A DNA stretch of 64,000 nt from Octopus vulgaris (taxonomy: Eukaryota): contig OX597829.1 of assembly GCA_951406725.2 (NCBI GenBank), forward strand, positions 53,816,001-53,880,000, written 5' to 3'. A model generated the notes under the pieces. That model had not been told where the DNA came from, made no database searches, and saw only the letters and a list, made by a program, of their open reading frames with translations. Made by a program: the position numbers and the translations under genes. Positions 53,301-61,858 of this stretch are shown piece after piece; position 1 is the first letter of the stretch; each line of letters begins with the position of its first letter.

Positions 53301-54639
53301 GGGTGCTTTTTATGCAGCACAAGCAGCAGTGAAATTACCAAATAACTTGCAAGACCCTTCAACTGAGAAGGAAGAAGTATTGAGGAAGGTGGCTTTGTGC
53401 CAGGTGGTGATAGGTTAGAGTATGAACAGAGACATGTGTCTTGCTGTGGAGGGGAGGCATGGCTATCCAAGTTGGAAATGGAGGGAGTGAGAGGTGTGTA
53501 ATAGGACTGGATGTTTGGTGATAACTATTTCAGTAACAAATACAATTTCAATGTATTCTAAATCACTCGTATCGATATAGTTATAATTTTAATATTTCTT
53601 GATTACAGGAGGTAAAAGTTTGGGATGTTGTAAGTGGCAGTTTTATCTCTCAGTTTGGTCATGCGCATGGAGAAAAAGCTATCACTTGCATGAATTTTGA
53701 TGAAAGTTTAAGAAGGTGAGAATCTCAGTTTACAAACTCTTGATTACATCTGTAAACATTTAGAAATTGCATTAATCCAACTTCAGGCAGTGAGTTTCCT
53801 GTTTATAGCAATAAACTGAGTTTATTTGCATCCTATATGTATCCTTGTATTGTACCTATGTTTTTCACACTCTGTACCTCTCTTGTGATACCTTAACTTG
53901 TCGTACACAGTATCTTTTATGTCACAAACACTCTATCTATCTAATCGGTTTTTACAGACTAAATACCCAGTAGACATTCATAAATCATCTGAAGACTGTG
54001 ATTGTTTGCTTGGCTTCTGCTCATTGTATCTGTTTCAAGTTTCAAGGGACTGAATAATTTAAGATTTACCGACATGACTGTGTGATGAAGAAGCTCACTT
54101 CAGAATCATGTGGCAAGGAGCTCTGTCCCTCTCTGTGGACTTTGTCAGCTTGTGTCCTCTACTATAACAGAGGGTGGACCGCTATGTTGTGGGTGAAATT
54201 GATAGATGGAAATGGAAGCCGTTGGCATTGGGACAGGCATTCAGTCATAGAAACCATGCCAAAAAAAAAAGCACTGGAGCTTGAAAGCAGTCTTCTGGGT
54301 CATTGAATCCTGACAACATGGAAGACAGACGTTAGACGACGACAACAACGACGTTTTTCTTTTCTTTTCCATGCTTGCATGGGTCAGACAGAGTATATTG
54401 AGGCAGAGTCTTTACAGCCAGATGCTCTCCCTGTTGCCAACCCTTCACCTGTTTCCAAGCAAGTTAATACTTCTCCATGATCAGACATGTCTTCACAGAA
54501 TACTGGAAATGAATGACATTCATTTACAACAACCATGTGATATCAAGATGAGGGGTCACAAGCATACATGTGCTCATGCACAGACACACGCACACACATA
54601 TCACAGGCTTCTTTCAGTTTCCATTCACCAAATCCACTC

Positions 54640-54690
<51 letters not shown>

Positions 54691-54824
54691 TATTAGATAA
54701 AGATAGTATAGCCAGCCTATGGGGCTACCACGAGTTTCATGTCCATCTAGCATTTAGCTTTATGGTATTTCTTCAGACTATAACCTCTCTTCAAAGTGGA
54801 TAGAGAAGAGACCTCGTAGTAACT

Positions 54825-54882
<58 letters not shown>

Positions 54883-56766
54883 ATACATACACACACATAT
54901 GGTGGTGGTGGTGGTGGTGGTGGCGACGGCGGTGGTTGCTGCTGCTGCTGCAGTGATAGTATATCTGTCTGCTCAGTCAACTTTTATAATCCATTCTAGT
55001 GTAGTTGGTCATCATCTCCAGTGTGTGTTTGTGTATTCGACTGACAAACTCTTGTGTTCCAAATCAACATCTGCTCGCCCTTGTTTACCCAGCAGCACCT
55101 ACCCTCCTGCAAAATCTACAGGTTGTGGCTAATCCAATATCTTTAAATGGCTGGGTGGGTGGGGTGGAAGACATTCTGCTTACTACTCCACAATGTCATT
55201 CTAAAAATAAACAATCACATCACTGAAATCTTGAAACTATGAGATATAATACATGATTAATTCAAACCAATGTGAATAAATAACTTTTACATTTGACAGA
55301 ATAAGCTGAATGCTAAAGGCTTTATCTGGCCATATCTTGCCCAAATATTCTACTTGTTTTATGTTCAAACTGGCCAGATCCAGCCTCTCACACCTACCCT
55401 ACAATGTCATTCTAAAAAAATAAAACAATCACAGCATTGAAATCTCCAAACTACAAGATGATTAATTCAGAACAATGTCATTGTATAGGCAATACAATTG
55501 ACAGAACAACCTGGAAGCTAAGAACAGGAAAATGAGTCAATAAATTGAAATTTTAGGATAGGAAAACATGAAAATGCAGTTTGAAGTGGATGATTGAAAT
55601 GTGTTTGTTACTTTCACCTGACAATGTTGAAGACCCCCACCCCTAATACATTTTCTATGTTTTCTAAACATAATTAATCAACATGGATTTATCTCCCTTG
55701 CTCTCAGATTTTTAGCACACTGAGAAGATTTTTTTGTCTATTAATTGCAGCAATAATCCTAGTTAATCAAAGCTTTTCAACTCACAGTAATACATGTGTT
55801 AAACCCTATTTGTATTTGTATTTAGTATTGAGAATACTCGCTTAGGGTATTTCCCTTCGGTCATATTATTAATGTTCTAATCAGCATCACTATATTATCT
55901 CCATTTCCAAATACTGATTACTCTAAATCTTCTCAACCAAGATGAATATGCTGCACTGAGAATATCTCAGAATACCATATAGTATTTTCATTGATTGCAC
56001 CTGTAGATTTTAAAAACTATATCTATTCCTTCACATTCCTTTTTTCTTTTTTCAAAAAAATTCAATTTTTTTAATCTTGTTACACATCTGATTTTCACTT
56101 CTTCCACCTGGTGACAATATAACATTTACGCACATTTACACACCTGAGAGACCTTACTGTATTTGTTTGTATTCAGATTGATAACTGGTGGCCAAGATGG
56201 AAATGTTAAAATATGGAACTACAATAGTGGACTTTGTTTAAAAGAACTTACCAAGAAGAAAAAGGAAGAACTTATTGATGGTATTTATATTTGCTTTTGG
56301 TTTTTGCAGAAAATCTATTGTATAATTCTTTCTGAAGTATAGTTAAGTCTTTCTGCTATTAGAATGTGTGTGATAACATTGATTCACATTTGTAGCAATG
56401 TGAAAGTTGAAATATAAATTGACAAATTTAAGCTGTAGAATTGCTGTAGGAAAATATTAATGTTATAAATATTAATTGCTTAAGGTTCATATGTTCTTTT
56501 GAGATGCTATCCTTAATGATCTAAGTTCCATTTATTTAATTCTCATATCTCTAATCCTTCTAAAATCTTACATTAATGTGTAGACTGTGTCTTGCTGATG
56601 GAATAGAGTAGAATTAAAACATGTTCAGATTTCTAACTGAAGTACCAAAGAACAAACTCAATCTCTACTGCATTTTATAGTTAATTTAAAATATAGGTTG
56701 TCCCTTCTGCTTTTTATGACCAGAATCACTCATTAAGATAATAACTGTTTCATATGACAAATAATC

Positions 56767-56830
<64 letters not shown>

Positions 56831-59800
56831 AGTAGTACCATTGGTTTCACTTTTACTATTGCACTTGACAATATTGATGAATTGATGGGTATACTGGCCA
56901 GAGGCACATAGCCTTAGTGGTGCAAAAAATAAAAAAAATAAAAAACTTGAAACACCTTTTCTGAGAGGGAAAAAAGCATTGCCTGCCATTATAGCTGAAG
57001 AGAGGCAGTTGTACCTGCATGTGTTTTTCTTCCGTTCTTTAGTCTTCAAAAGGAGAACACCTCATTTCCCAAAACGAATTTTTATATCGTGAGAGCAGCA
57101 ACTAAAAATTTCACTTCCTGAGTTCAAGAAGGCACCTGGACTGTGAAAACTTTTTAAGATTATGCTCCTCTCAGCTAAGCAAAGTTCGAACCTTCTGTTT
57201 TTCATTCAGGTATGGCCCTGATTGTTCCTGTAGCTTCCAGTTAGTTTTGCATGGCTTCCCTTTTTTAATCATCATATATAGTTGGCTAATTACTTAATGT
57301 TGTGACCATCTTGATCCTAAAAGAGGACCTGTGATATTTTATTCTAGCCTTAAACAAGTCTTTCATCACAGCAACATATTTCTGCATATGCCTCCCTCCA
57401 TTCCTACTGTTGTTGGGCACCACCACTTCTGCTTTGTAGAACATGGTCTCAGTGTTGCATTGACCATTCACTGGGCACTCATGGCTAACCCTACATGAGC
57501 ATCTTGCCTTTGTGCAAGGCTTTGGGACATTCCCTAGTATCTTTTCAACATTAGTTATATAGCTAAACAAAACCCTTAAGTAATACTTTTGAATAATCTA
57601 TATCTATAAGACTGTATGAAATGCTTATCTAAGGAAGACCCTTCCCATGCAAGTTTTCATATTGAGTGAGAAAAATGGGGAAAACCTGAAGACTTTATGG
57701 CAGCACTTTCTTTTGTGGGTGTTAGATCCATATGAGTGATGGGTCCTTAAATGCACTGACCGCAAGAGCCTTATTGTGAGTGTTGGGGTGCACCTTGTCA
57801 GAAATGTCTTTATTTAAGGATAGGTTCAAAATCCACTTACTAACACCCTTTATGACACTTGAGGAATTTTAAGAAAATGTTCTACTTAAACAAATACTAA
57901 AGCTGCATTATAAAAATTATAATCACCGTTATGACTTATTTATTTGTGTAAAACGTTTTCTTTTTAAAAGTTTTCTAACTTTAAATGCCTTTTTCTTTTC
58001 CATCTCAAATTAATGTTACGCGAAATACATATTTTCCTTTCTTATGTTATTGTTGTCGTCGTCGGCACCGCCGCTGTTATTGTTGTTCATTTATTTTTTT
58101 ATTTTATTTATTATTTTTTTTTTAATAACATGATTTTTTCAGAATGTGACCCAGCTGAAATTTGTGACCTGATTTATATAGAAATGAATCGTCGAAGCAA
58201 GTAAGTTAAGCAGATTGTGATTGAAAAGGAACTAGATGACTTTTGTTATGGAGTTGAGCATGAAATATCTGGCCAAATCGGATAAATTAATGTACGAGAG
58301 GGTGTTGAAAAATTCCTGGCTTTAAGGGTGTCGCGAAAGACCTTGTTGGAGGCCCAACCTTCCAAGTTCTTTTACAGGGCATAGAAATACTGAAGGACCA
58401 CCGCCATACGTGCATGAATCTGAGAGGGGAATATGTTGGATAAAATCATAATTAACTGATCCTCCTCTATTTCCTTTTACCCAAAGCCAGAAACTTTTTA
58501 TCACACCCTCATAGCTTTTTTAATACTAGATAAACATGTTTCCGTACCTACCCTTACAACTTTTACCTACCACTGCAAGTTCTACAAGAATACCATTCTA
58601 ATATACAAAAGTTGCCCCCTGGACAATTTCTTTTACCTCCTAAACTGTAGCCAATCATTTTGGTTCCTTGTTAAAAGGGTCTCCACCAAATTTGTGTAAT
58701 TTTCCTACTGAGCAATCCTTAACCATGATGGCTCCATAAACATGGATGTTCTCCCCTACGAACAGAACATTCATGTTTGCCTGGTTTGCATCTAATTCTG
58801 TACTCTTATGTACATATACATACCATGTGCAAAGCACCTCAAACCACTTCAAAAACTAATAAAACAATCAACCCTGACAGTATTTCATCCAATATCTTTA
58901 AAGTCCAGATCCAGTTCCTCTCCACACCCTTCAATCTCTTTCTCTTTCTCTCCCCCCTCTCTCTCTCTATTTTAACATTTGAAAACAAACTAAAGAGTGT
59001 CCCATTTCCAAGAAGCTGCACTCTCTCCAACATTCCCCCTCTTTCTCGTTTACACACACACACACACACACACACACCACTACCATCACCACAACCAGTA
59101 TGGCTTCCACAAAAGTCAAATATACCAAAGATTTACTCTTCTGTGTTATGCAATATTGGTCTTTAAGAAAATTGGTCTAGGTTAGTATCTTTTTGGAATC
59201 CCCCAACCATTAATCTCCAAGAACTTGAATAGAACTTTAATTTTGCCTGTTTTTTTTCCCCTAACAACTTATCTCCACGCAGCAATAACTATATCAATCA
59301 ATCCACCTTAAATAAATGTTGATTGGCTGGTTTCTCCAGCCACACTTTATATTGTATAGAGAGAGAAGGAGAGAGAGAGAGTGAAAGAGAGATACAGAGA
59401 CATTTAACTTAAGCGATGCAGAATAAATGTACATACTAGGCTTGGTGATAGGTGGAGAAGGAGGAAGGCGAGAGGGAAAAGAAGAGAGGAAGTAAATGAC
59501 AGAGTAATTATCAATTACTTGTAGGAATATCATATTTTGTTATGCAACCATAATATACTACAAGCATATTAAAGCCTAACAAGTCAATACTATGTCCCAT
59601 CTGTGTTAGCAGTGCAATTCAGTCACTTTTTAAAGTTATCTCTTCAGATTTTCTACAGAAATTAGAGCCAGCACTGATTTTGTTACAATGTTTTGTATCT
59701 GAAAATGTCTAATGTAAACAACAATGCAATCAAAGATGGAAAAATAGGTAATAGATGTATATACACATTTTTGGAGTTATTGCTCTTTCTTCAGTACCAC

Positions 59801-61858
59801 ATCCAACCCATTAAACATCCACTAACTCATTGCTTATATTAGTTGTATTCAGATGCTAAACATTGTAACAAATCAGTGCTGGTTATAACTTGAAAAGAAA
59901 ATCTGTAGAGACAACCTTAACAAGTGTAATTCTGGAAAAACTTAATGAAAAATTTTGTTTTAATTTATCTTATTTTAAGTAAATATTTTTTAGAAAATTA
60001 CTATTTTTAAATCTCACAACATGAGATATTCAACAACAGTACTTTGTAGTAAAGATTGTTTGCCAACACAACATGGGAGTCCTGGTTTAGGACGAATGTT
60101 GCTGTAATTTAGCCCCAGGAGACATCGTCTCCAGCTGGCTATACGACATGATCTGTGTCCTTATATTTTCAAACAAGGGAATCCAGCACCCCCACGCAGC
60201 TCAAAACAATATCTGTGTATTGCGATTTCTTGATGTTCTAAACCAGGACTGCCATGTTATGTTGGCAAACAATCTTTATTACAAAGTACTGTTGCTGAAT
60301 ATCTCATGCTGTGAGATTTAAAAATAATAATTTTCTAACTTATAAATCAGTGACTAGTTGTCACTTTGAAAACTATATATTTCAAACAGGAATTTGGCAG
60401 CACCAATTCTGGCCAAACAATTATTCTGTGCTGATGAAGGGAAATAACCTGGAAATCGTGATACACAGATATTGTTCTGAGCTAGGTTGGGGTGCTAGAT
60501 TCCCTTGTTCGAAAATATAAGGACACAGATCATGTTGTATAGCCAGCTGGAGACGATGTCTCCTGGGGCTAAATTACAGCAACATTCATCCTAAACCAGG
60601 ACTGCCATGTTATGTTGGCAAACAATCTTTACTACTAAATATTTTTTGTTTGAAAATTAATATTCATTTCATCATCCTGTATAAGCAGCAATGGATTTGA
60701 TAAAATTTAAATCATAATTATTGCCTGTTATGTCATATTCCATAATAGTAACCATAGTGACAAAAGTATACTTACAAAGTCACCCATCATATGATGGGTA
60801 ACATTCTTCTCTACTTAATAAAAGCTGATTCACTTGTAAGTTGTTTGACTGGTTAATTGCTCCCTCCTACCACACGTTACATCATATGTAGAGAGAATGA
60901 TTGATGCTGAAAAGAATTTATTTTTCCAGCAAAAGAACACCTTATTAAACTTTAATGTTATTTCCTAAAATAATGCAATGAGAGCTGAATGTCACATTGA
61001 ATCATCATCATCATCATCATTTAACATCCGTGTTCCATGCTAGCATGGCTGGGATTGGTTTGACAAGAGCCAGCTAGGCCGAAGCCTGCACCAGACTTCG
61101 GTGATTGTTTTGGCAGGATTTTTACAGCTGGATGCCCTTCCTAACACGAAACACTCAGCAGAGTGGACTTAGTGCTATTTACATGGCACAAGCACAGGCA
61201 AGTTTTGGCAAGGTTTTCACAGTTGGATGCCCTTCCAAATGCCAACCACTTTACAGTGTGGAGTGGATGCCTTTTAAGTGGCACCTGCACTGACAGGGTC
61301 ACCATGTAACCTGCAAGACATTAAAAAAACAACTTTCAAGAGGGGAGGAGGCAATGGTGGAGGTGATAATGAAAAGGTTATAGTGAGACAGAAACAGGTG
61401 TCTTGCTGTAGAGGAAGTACAAGGTTACCTGGCTGAAGAAAGAAAGATCAGGAATGAAGACAGAAAATACACGATTGCTCAACCTTAGGGAAGTGCAGGA
61501 GAGAGAGAGAGAGAGAGAGGGAGACCACGGGATAGAGACAGTGGCAAAATGCCGGGCATACTCACTAGGGATAGGGATCAGAGTATAAATGGGATGGTTG
61601 AGTAAAGGAAGAGAGAGATATAGATGGTGGCAAGTGATGTTTTATTGAAAGTAGTTCAACTTTTGAGTTGTTTTGATTCTTTTGAGTTCAATCAGTTTAT
61701 TAGTTAAACTTTAGTGTAAAATCTTTTCATATCTAATTCTTTTATGAAGATATGTTGTTGCAGTTGGTTGGGACCAAAGAATAAATATATATGAAGATAA
61801 CTTTGATTCTACTGTCCACTTTGTGCATCATCCATCAAAGAATTGGGAAGAAGACCTT
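14385..61858 (+). CDS. EF-hand + WD40-repeat protein of the WDY/WDR49/EFCAB8-like family, 3'-partial; join(14385..14699,19387..19524,21162..21380,26696..26755,28200..28285,37407..37499,41227..41319,42985..43105,44543..44612,44902..45096,48039..48081,48913..49018,50864..51021,52443..52551,53609..53715,56177..56280,58143..58200,61750..61858)
   Basis: Manually spliced: all 17 introns are GT-AG with matching phases, 2184 nt = 728 codons with no stop. EF-hand-like LFMKVDFNAVGSITLNQF, then WD40 signatures (LVTGGMDRLIRIWNPY, GHSAPIF..FSVSSDKCIKVWN, VKVWD, LITGGQDGNVKIWNY, VAVGWDQRINIY). Family assignment is from remembered architecture; exact ortholog not established. Confidence 0.9.
17803..18662 (+). 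mobile_element. internally deleted mariner transposon
   Basis: TIRs gaggtgtggtcaaaaagtatc / gatactttttgattacaccttg, TA flanks; EQRCCIKFCQKLGDTQAQTI and remnant YSPDLALCDFW. Confidence 0.9.
19387..19524 (+). CDS. coding exon 2 (IENKLSIEVLKELGKSF...LLGNVVK)
   Basis: ttacag acceptor, AAG|GTATAT donor, 46 codons, helical EF-hand-region sequence. Confidence 0.85.
19811..19970 (-). mobile_element. RTE-type 3'-end repeat (family C) fragment
   Basis: ctggatgcccttcctaacgccaaccact core and (CAT)n tail. Confidence 0.8.
19997..20400 (+). mobile_element. two tandem SINE family B copies
   Basis: ggcagaatcattagc...ctgagttcaaattc...ctttcatcctttcggggt core repeated. Confidence 0.8.
21162..21380 (+). CDS. 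coding exon 3 (EAEINALFMKVDFNAVGSITLNQFCTY...LITCSE)
   Basis: poly-T AG acceptor, GAG|GTTTGT donor, EF-hand-like loop. Confidence 0.92.
21437..21659. mobile_element. piggyBac-type MITE
   Basis: TTAA|CCCTTTTG...CAAAAGGG|TTAA; inverted sister copies at 36179-36399 and, decayed, near 20570-20785 and 22795-23000. Confidence 0.85.
22159..22411. mobile_element. hAT-type MITE, diverged relative of 10690-10994
   Basis: CAGTGGTGCTCA...GTTGAAAACTACTG ends with internal ggaccc motifs; no clear TSD. Confidence 0.6.
24021..24156 (-). mobile_element. family C fragment
   Basis: (CAT)n tail plus ctggatgcccttcct core. Confidence 0.8.
25355..26210 (-). mobile_element. mariner derivative with the 5' end duplicated in inverted orientation
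   Basis: about 190-bp inverted arms, TA flanks; minus-strand transposase N-terminus (GNTYSEAYAKLQKVYGEECMS..VYEWFRRF, LGMRRVSAKFV). Confidence 0.88.
26375..26572. mobile_element. second piggyBac-type MITE family (relatives near 41985-42198 and 55140-55520)
   Basis: TTAACCCTTTAG start; shared ccctacaatgtcattct motif. Confidence 0.65.
26696..26755 (+). CDS. coding exon 4 (HGIVSFWSSMSTLRKKKRIV)
   Basis: tttacag acceptor, GTT|GTAAGC donor, completes WD-like CSE-HGIVSFW. Confidence 0.9.
27631..27890 (-). mobile_element. family C copy
   Basis: (CAT)n tail, conserved core. Confidence 0.85.
27890..28101 (-). mobile_element. SINE family B copy abutting the family C copy
   Basis: homologous to 43299-43533. 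Confidence 0.85.
28200..28285 (+). CDS. coding exon 5 (SPNPERRTPKWITDFLIMSKYNKLMVGTG)
   Basis: poly-T CAG acceptor, GG|GTGAGT donor, phase 0-2. Confidence 0.92.
28791..29256 (-). mobile_element. longest family C copy (RTE-type LINE 3' UTR)
   Basis: core, internal tandem units and extra upstream sequence ending at (TA)n. Confidence 0.8.
29400..29677 (+). mobile_element. family C variant copy
   Basis: gcatccagctgtaaaa cores, (GAT)n tail. Confidence 0.8.
30137..30545 (+). mobile_element. family C copy with five internal tandem units
   Basis: GTGGCA(C/T)GTAAAA at 30137, 30191, 30257, 30318, 30380; (GAT)n tail. Confidence 0.85.
30750..31055 (+). mobile_element. family C variant copy
   Basis: similar to 29400-29677. 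Confidence 0.75.
31105..31262 (-). mobile_element. SINE family A 5' half, diverged
   Basis: reverse complement of the SINE A head. Confidence 0.75.
31439..31638. repeat. fold-back element with hammerhead-like core (31543-31603, +)
   Basis: arms 31439-31526 / 31543-31638; AATAA-CTGATGA-GATGC..GCATC-T-GAAA-CTCTGAG-TT-TTATT. Confidence 0.75.
31659..32172. repeat. fold-back element, about 138-bp near-perfect arms each carrying a hammerhead-like core
   Basis: arms 31659-31796 / 32034-32172; TTTAG-CTGAAGA-...-GAAA-CAATTG-TA-CTAAA at 32050-32135. Confidence 0.8.
32687..33039 (+). mobile_element. SINE family A with deletion near the tail
   Basis: full head and body; lacks the ggcggtgctccagcatggcc segment. 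Confidence 0.9.
33121..33153 (+). ncRNA. minimal hammerhead-like motif
   Basis: TTT-CTGACGA-A-GAGC(tcc)GCTC-GAAAC-ATT-AAA. Confidence 0.5.
34050..34270 (+). mobile_element. SINE family B, diverged
   Basis: gagctggaagaatc...ctgagttcaaaat...ttcggggtcaataaaataagtaccag. Confidence 0.75.
34741..34876. repeat. fold-back element with minus-strand hammerhead-like core (34770-34829)
   Basis: 46-bp arms with 3 mismatches; minus strand GGGAT-CTGAGGA-..CCATAAAG(ttaaacc)CTTTATGG..-GAAA-CCTAAGG-TA-ATCCC. Confidence 0.75.
34938..35315 (+). mobile_element. SINE family A
   Basis: head, internal microsatellite and tail present. Confidence 0.9.
35435..35737 (-). mobile_element. SINE family A, inverted, tail-truncated
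   Basis: reverse complement of family A. Confidence 0.88.
35770..36160 (-). mobile_element. older SINE family A relative
   Basis: diverged reverse complement of family A. Confidence 0.75.
36179..36399. mobile_element. piggyBac-type MITE
   Basis: inverted sister of 21437-21659; ends AAAGGG|TTAA. Confidence 0.85.
36561..37130 (+). mobile_element. three head-to-tail SINE family B copies (third 5'-truncated)
   Basis: units about 36561-36778, 36793-37010, 37018-37130, each ending tgtgcctaga.tagaaaag. Confidence 0.85.
37407..37499 (+). CDS. coding exon 6 (NREIQFFEISSFHPYCQISNFESIPLRLDY)
   Basis: tttcag acceptor, GC|GTATGT donor, phase 2-2. Confidence 0.92.
37801..39069 (+). mobile_element. DD37D (maT-type) Tc1/mariner transposon with disrupted transposase
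   Basis: TA|CAGGGTG start; DEK, WQQD and WPPNSPDCNPLDYYVW motifs; 37 residues between 2nd and 3rd D after removing one extra C near 38712; stops and frameshifts. Confidence 0.88.
39715..39900 (-). mobile_element. family C copy, diverged
   Basis: (CAT)n tail and decayed core. Confidence 0.7.
40340..40752 (+). mobile_element. RTE-clade LINE RT fragment, decayed
   Basis: YKCKGDTFDRSNYRGIKLLYEVMKV..LDEM*FG..ERNTTD. Confidence 0.8.
41227..41319 (+). CDS. coding exon 7 (AMPDDQCVIIFGDMDGQINILSIKSVGECLR)
   Basis: tttcag acceptor, AG|GTTGTA donor, phase 2-2, WD-like FGDxxGxINI. Confidence 0.9.
42985..43105 (+). CDS. coding exon 8 (LWKKKPKHENFIASV...VHEDWVQQ)
   Basis: ctccaaag (AAG) acceptor, CAG|GTAAGA donor, HEDWV WD start. 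Confidence 0.9.
43299..43533 (-). mobile_element. full-length SINE family B with 18-bp TSD
   Basis: TSD AAGCCGCTATGTATATAT at 43281-43298 and 43534-43551; A-box-like TGGCAGAAATG, B-box-like GAGTTCAAATTCC; CpGs intact. Confidence 0.93.
43986..44235 (+). mobile_element. family C copy
   Basis: core and (GAT)n tail. Confidence 0.85.
44543..44612 (+). CDS. coding exon 9 (VKYCPQIKQVISCSNDANSALVI)
   Basis: poly-T CAG acceptor, AG|GTATAC donor, phase 0-1. Confidence 0.92.
44902..45096 (+). CDS. coding exon 10 (CTISSVDVEQQ...HKGVKCFDFNKKKNILVTG)
   Basis: acag acceptor, GAG|GTATGA donor, phase 1-1. Confidence 0.92.
45185..45588 (+). mobile_element. full-length SINE family A
   Basis: complete head to tail. 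Confidence 0.92.
46141..46364. mobile_element. pogo/Tigger-type MITE
   Basis: TIR CAGTAATCCCTCA / TGAGGAATTACTG, TA flanks. Confidence 0.85.
48039..48081 (+). CDS. coding exon 11 (GMDRLIRIWNPYVPG)
   Basis: ttttag acceptor, GG|GTATGT donor, classic WD40 end. Confidence 0.93.
48913..49018 (+). CDS. coding exon 12 (KPTDILHGHSAPIF...SVSSDKCIK)
   Basis: cttcag acceptor, AAG|GTAAGG donor, GH...SxSxD WD40 repeat. Confidence 0.93.
50319..50579 (-). mobile_element. full-length tRNA-derived SINE family D with 12-bp TSD
   Basis: A box TGGCTTAGTGG, B box GGTTTCGATTCC, (ATT)n tail; TSD GTTCAACAGTTA at 50307-50318 and 50580-50591. Confidence 0.92.
50864..51021 (+). CDS. coding exon 13 (VWNATDYSCINTVRPKSH...SIKIKS)
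   Basis: ttttag acceptor; AA|GTATAT donor chosen because phase 2 matches exon 14. Confidence 0.88.
52443..52551 (+). CDS. coding exon 14 (PCLLSLFDIATSHSDPVTSIKYNKIFKHIVTSSEGS)
   Basis: ctttcag acceptor, TCT|GTAAGT donor. Confidence 0.92.
52800..53121 (+). mobile_element. family C copy with three internal units
   Basis: core and (GAT)n tail. Confidence 0.88.
53162..53480 (-). mobile_element. family C variant, inverted
   Basis: diverged reverse-complement core. Confidence 0.7.
53609..53715 (+). CDS. coding exon 15 (EVKVWDVVSG...AHGEKAITCMNFDESLRR)
   Basis: ttacag acceptor, AG|GTGAGA donor, WD40 motifs. Confidence 0.93.
56177..56280 (+). CDS. coding exon 16 (LITGGQDGNVKIWNYNSGLCLKEL...)
   Basis: ttcag acceptor, G|GTATTT donor, canonical WD40 end. 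Confidence 0.92.
56825..57840 (-). mobile_element. Penelope-like element remnant (Cys-rich linker + GIY-YIG endonuclease + 3' region), Naiad-like
   Basis: FSPFFSLNMKTCMGRVFL..DKHF, CSCRVSHECPVNGQC, FYKAEV, FKARIKYHRSSF, LANYI, LCLAERSII..LNSGSEIFSCCSH; frameshifted; ends at (TA)n. Confidence 0.8.
58143..58200 (+). CDS. coding exon 17 (CDPAEICDLIYIEMNRRSK)
   Basis: ttttttcag acceptor, AA|GTAAGT donor, phase 1-2. Confidence 0.88.
58295..58511. mobile_element. mariner-type MITE
   Basis: TIR gagggtgttgaaaaattcctggcttt / aaagccagaaactttttatcacaccctc, TA flanks. Confidence 0.8.
59990..60638. repeat. compound fold-back element with hammerhead-like core (60425-60469, +)
   Basis: 59990-60090 inverted vs 60238-60340; 60045-60229 inverted vs 60452-60638; TCTGTG-CTGATGA-AGG(gaaataa)CCT-G-GAAA-TCGTGA-TA-CACAGA. 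Confidence 0.8.
61002..61320 (-). mobile_element. family C variant copy
   Basis: (CAT)n tail, duplicated ggatgcccttcc cores. Confidence 0.8.
61750..61858 (+). CDS. coding exon 18 (YVVAVGWDQRINIYEDNFD...WEEDL); gene continues beyond window
   Basis: tatgaag (AAG) acceptor, CTT|GTAAGA donor, VGWDxxI motif; no stop reached. Confidence 0.9.
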
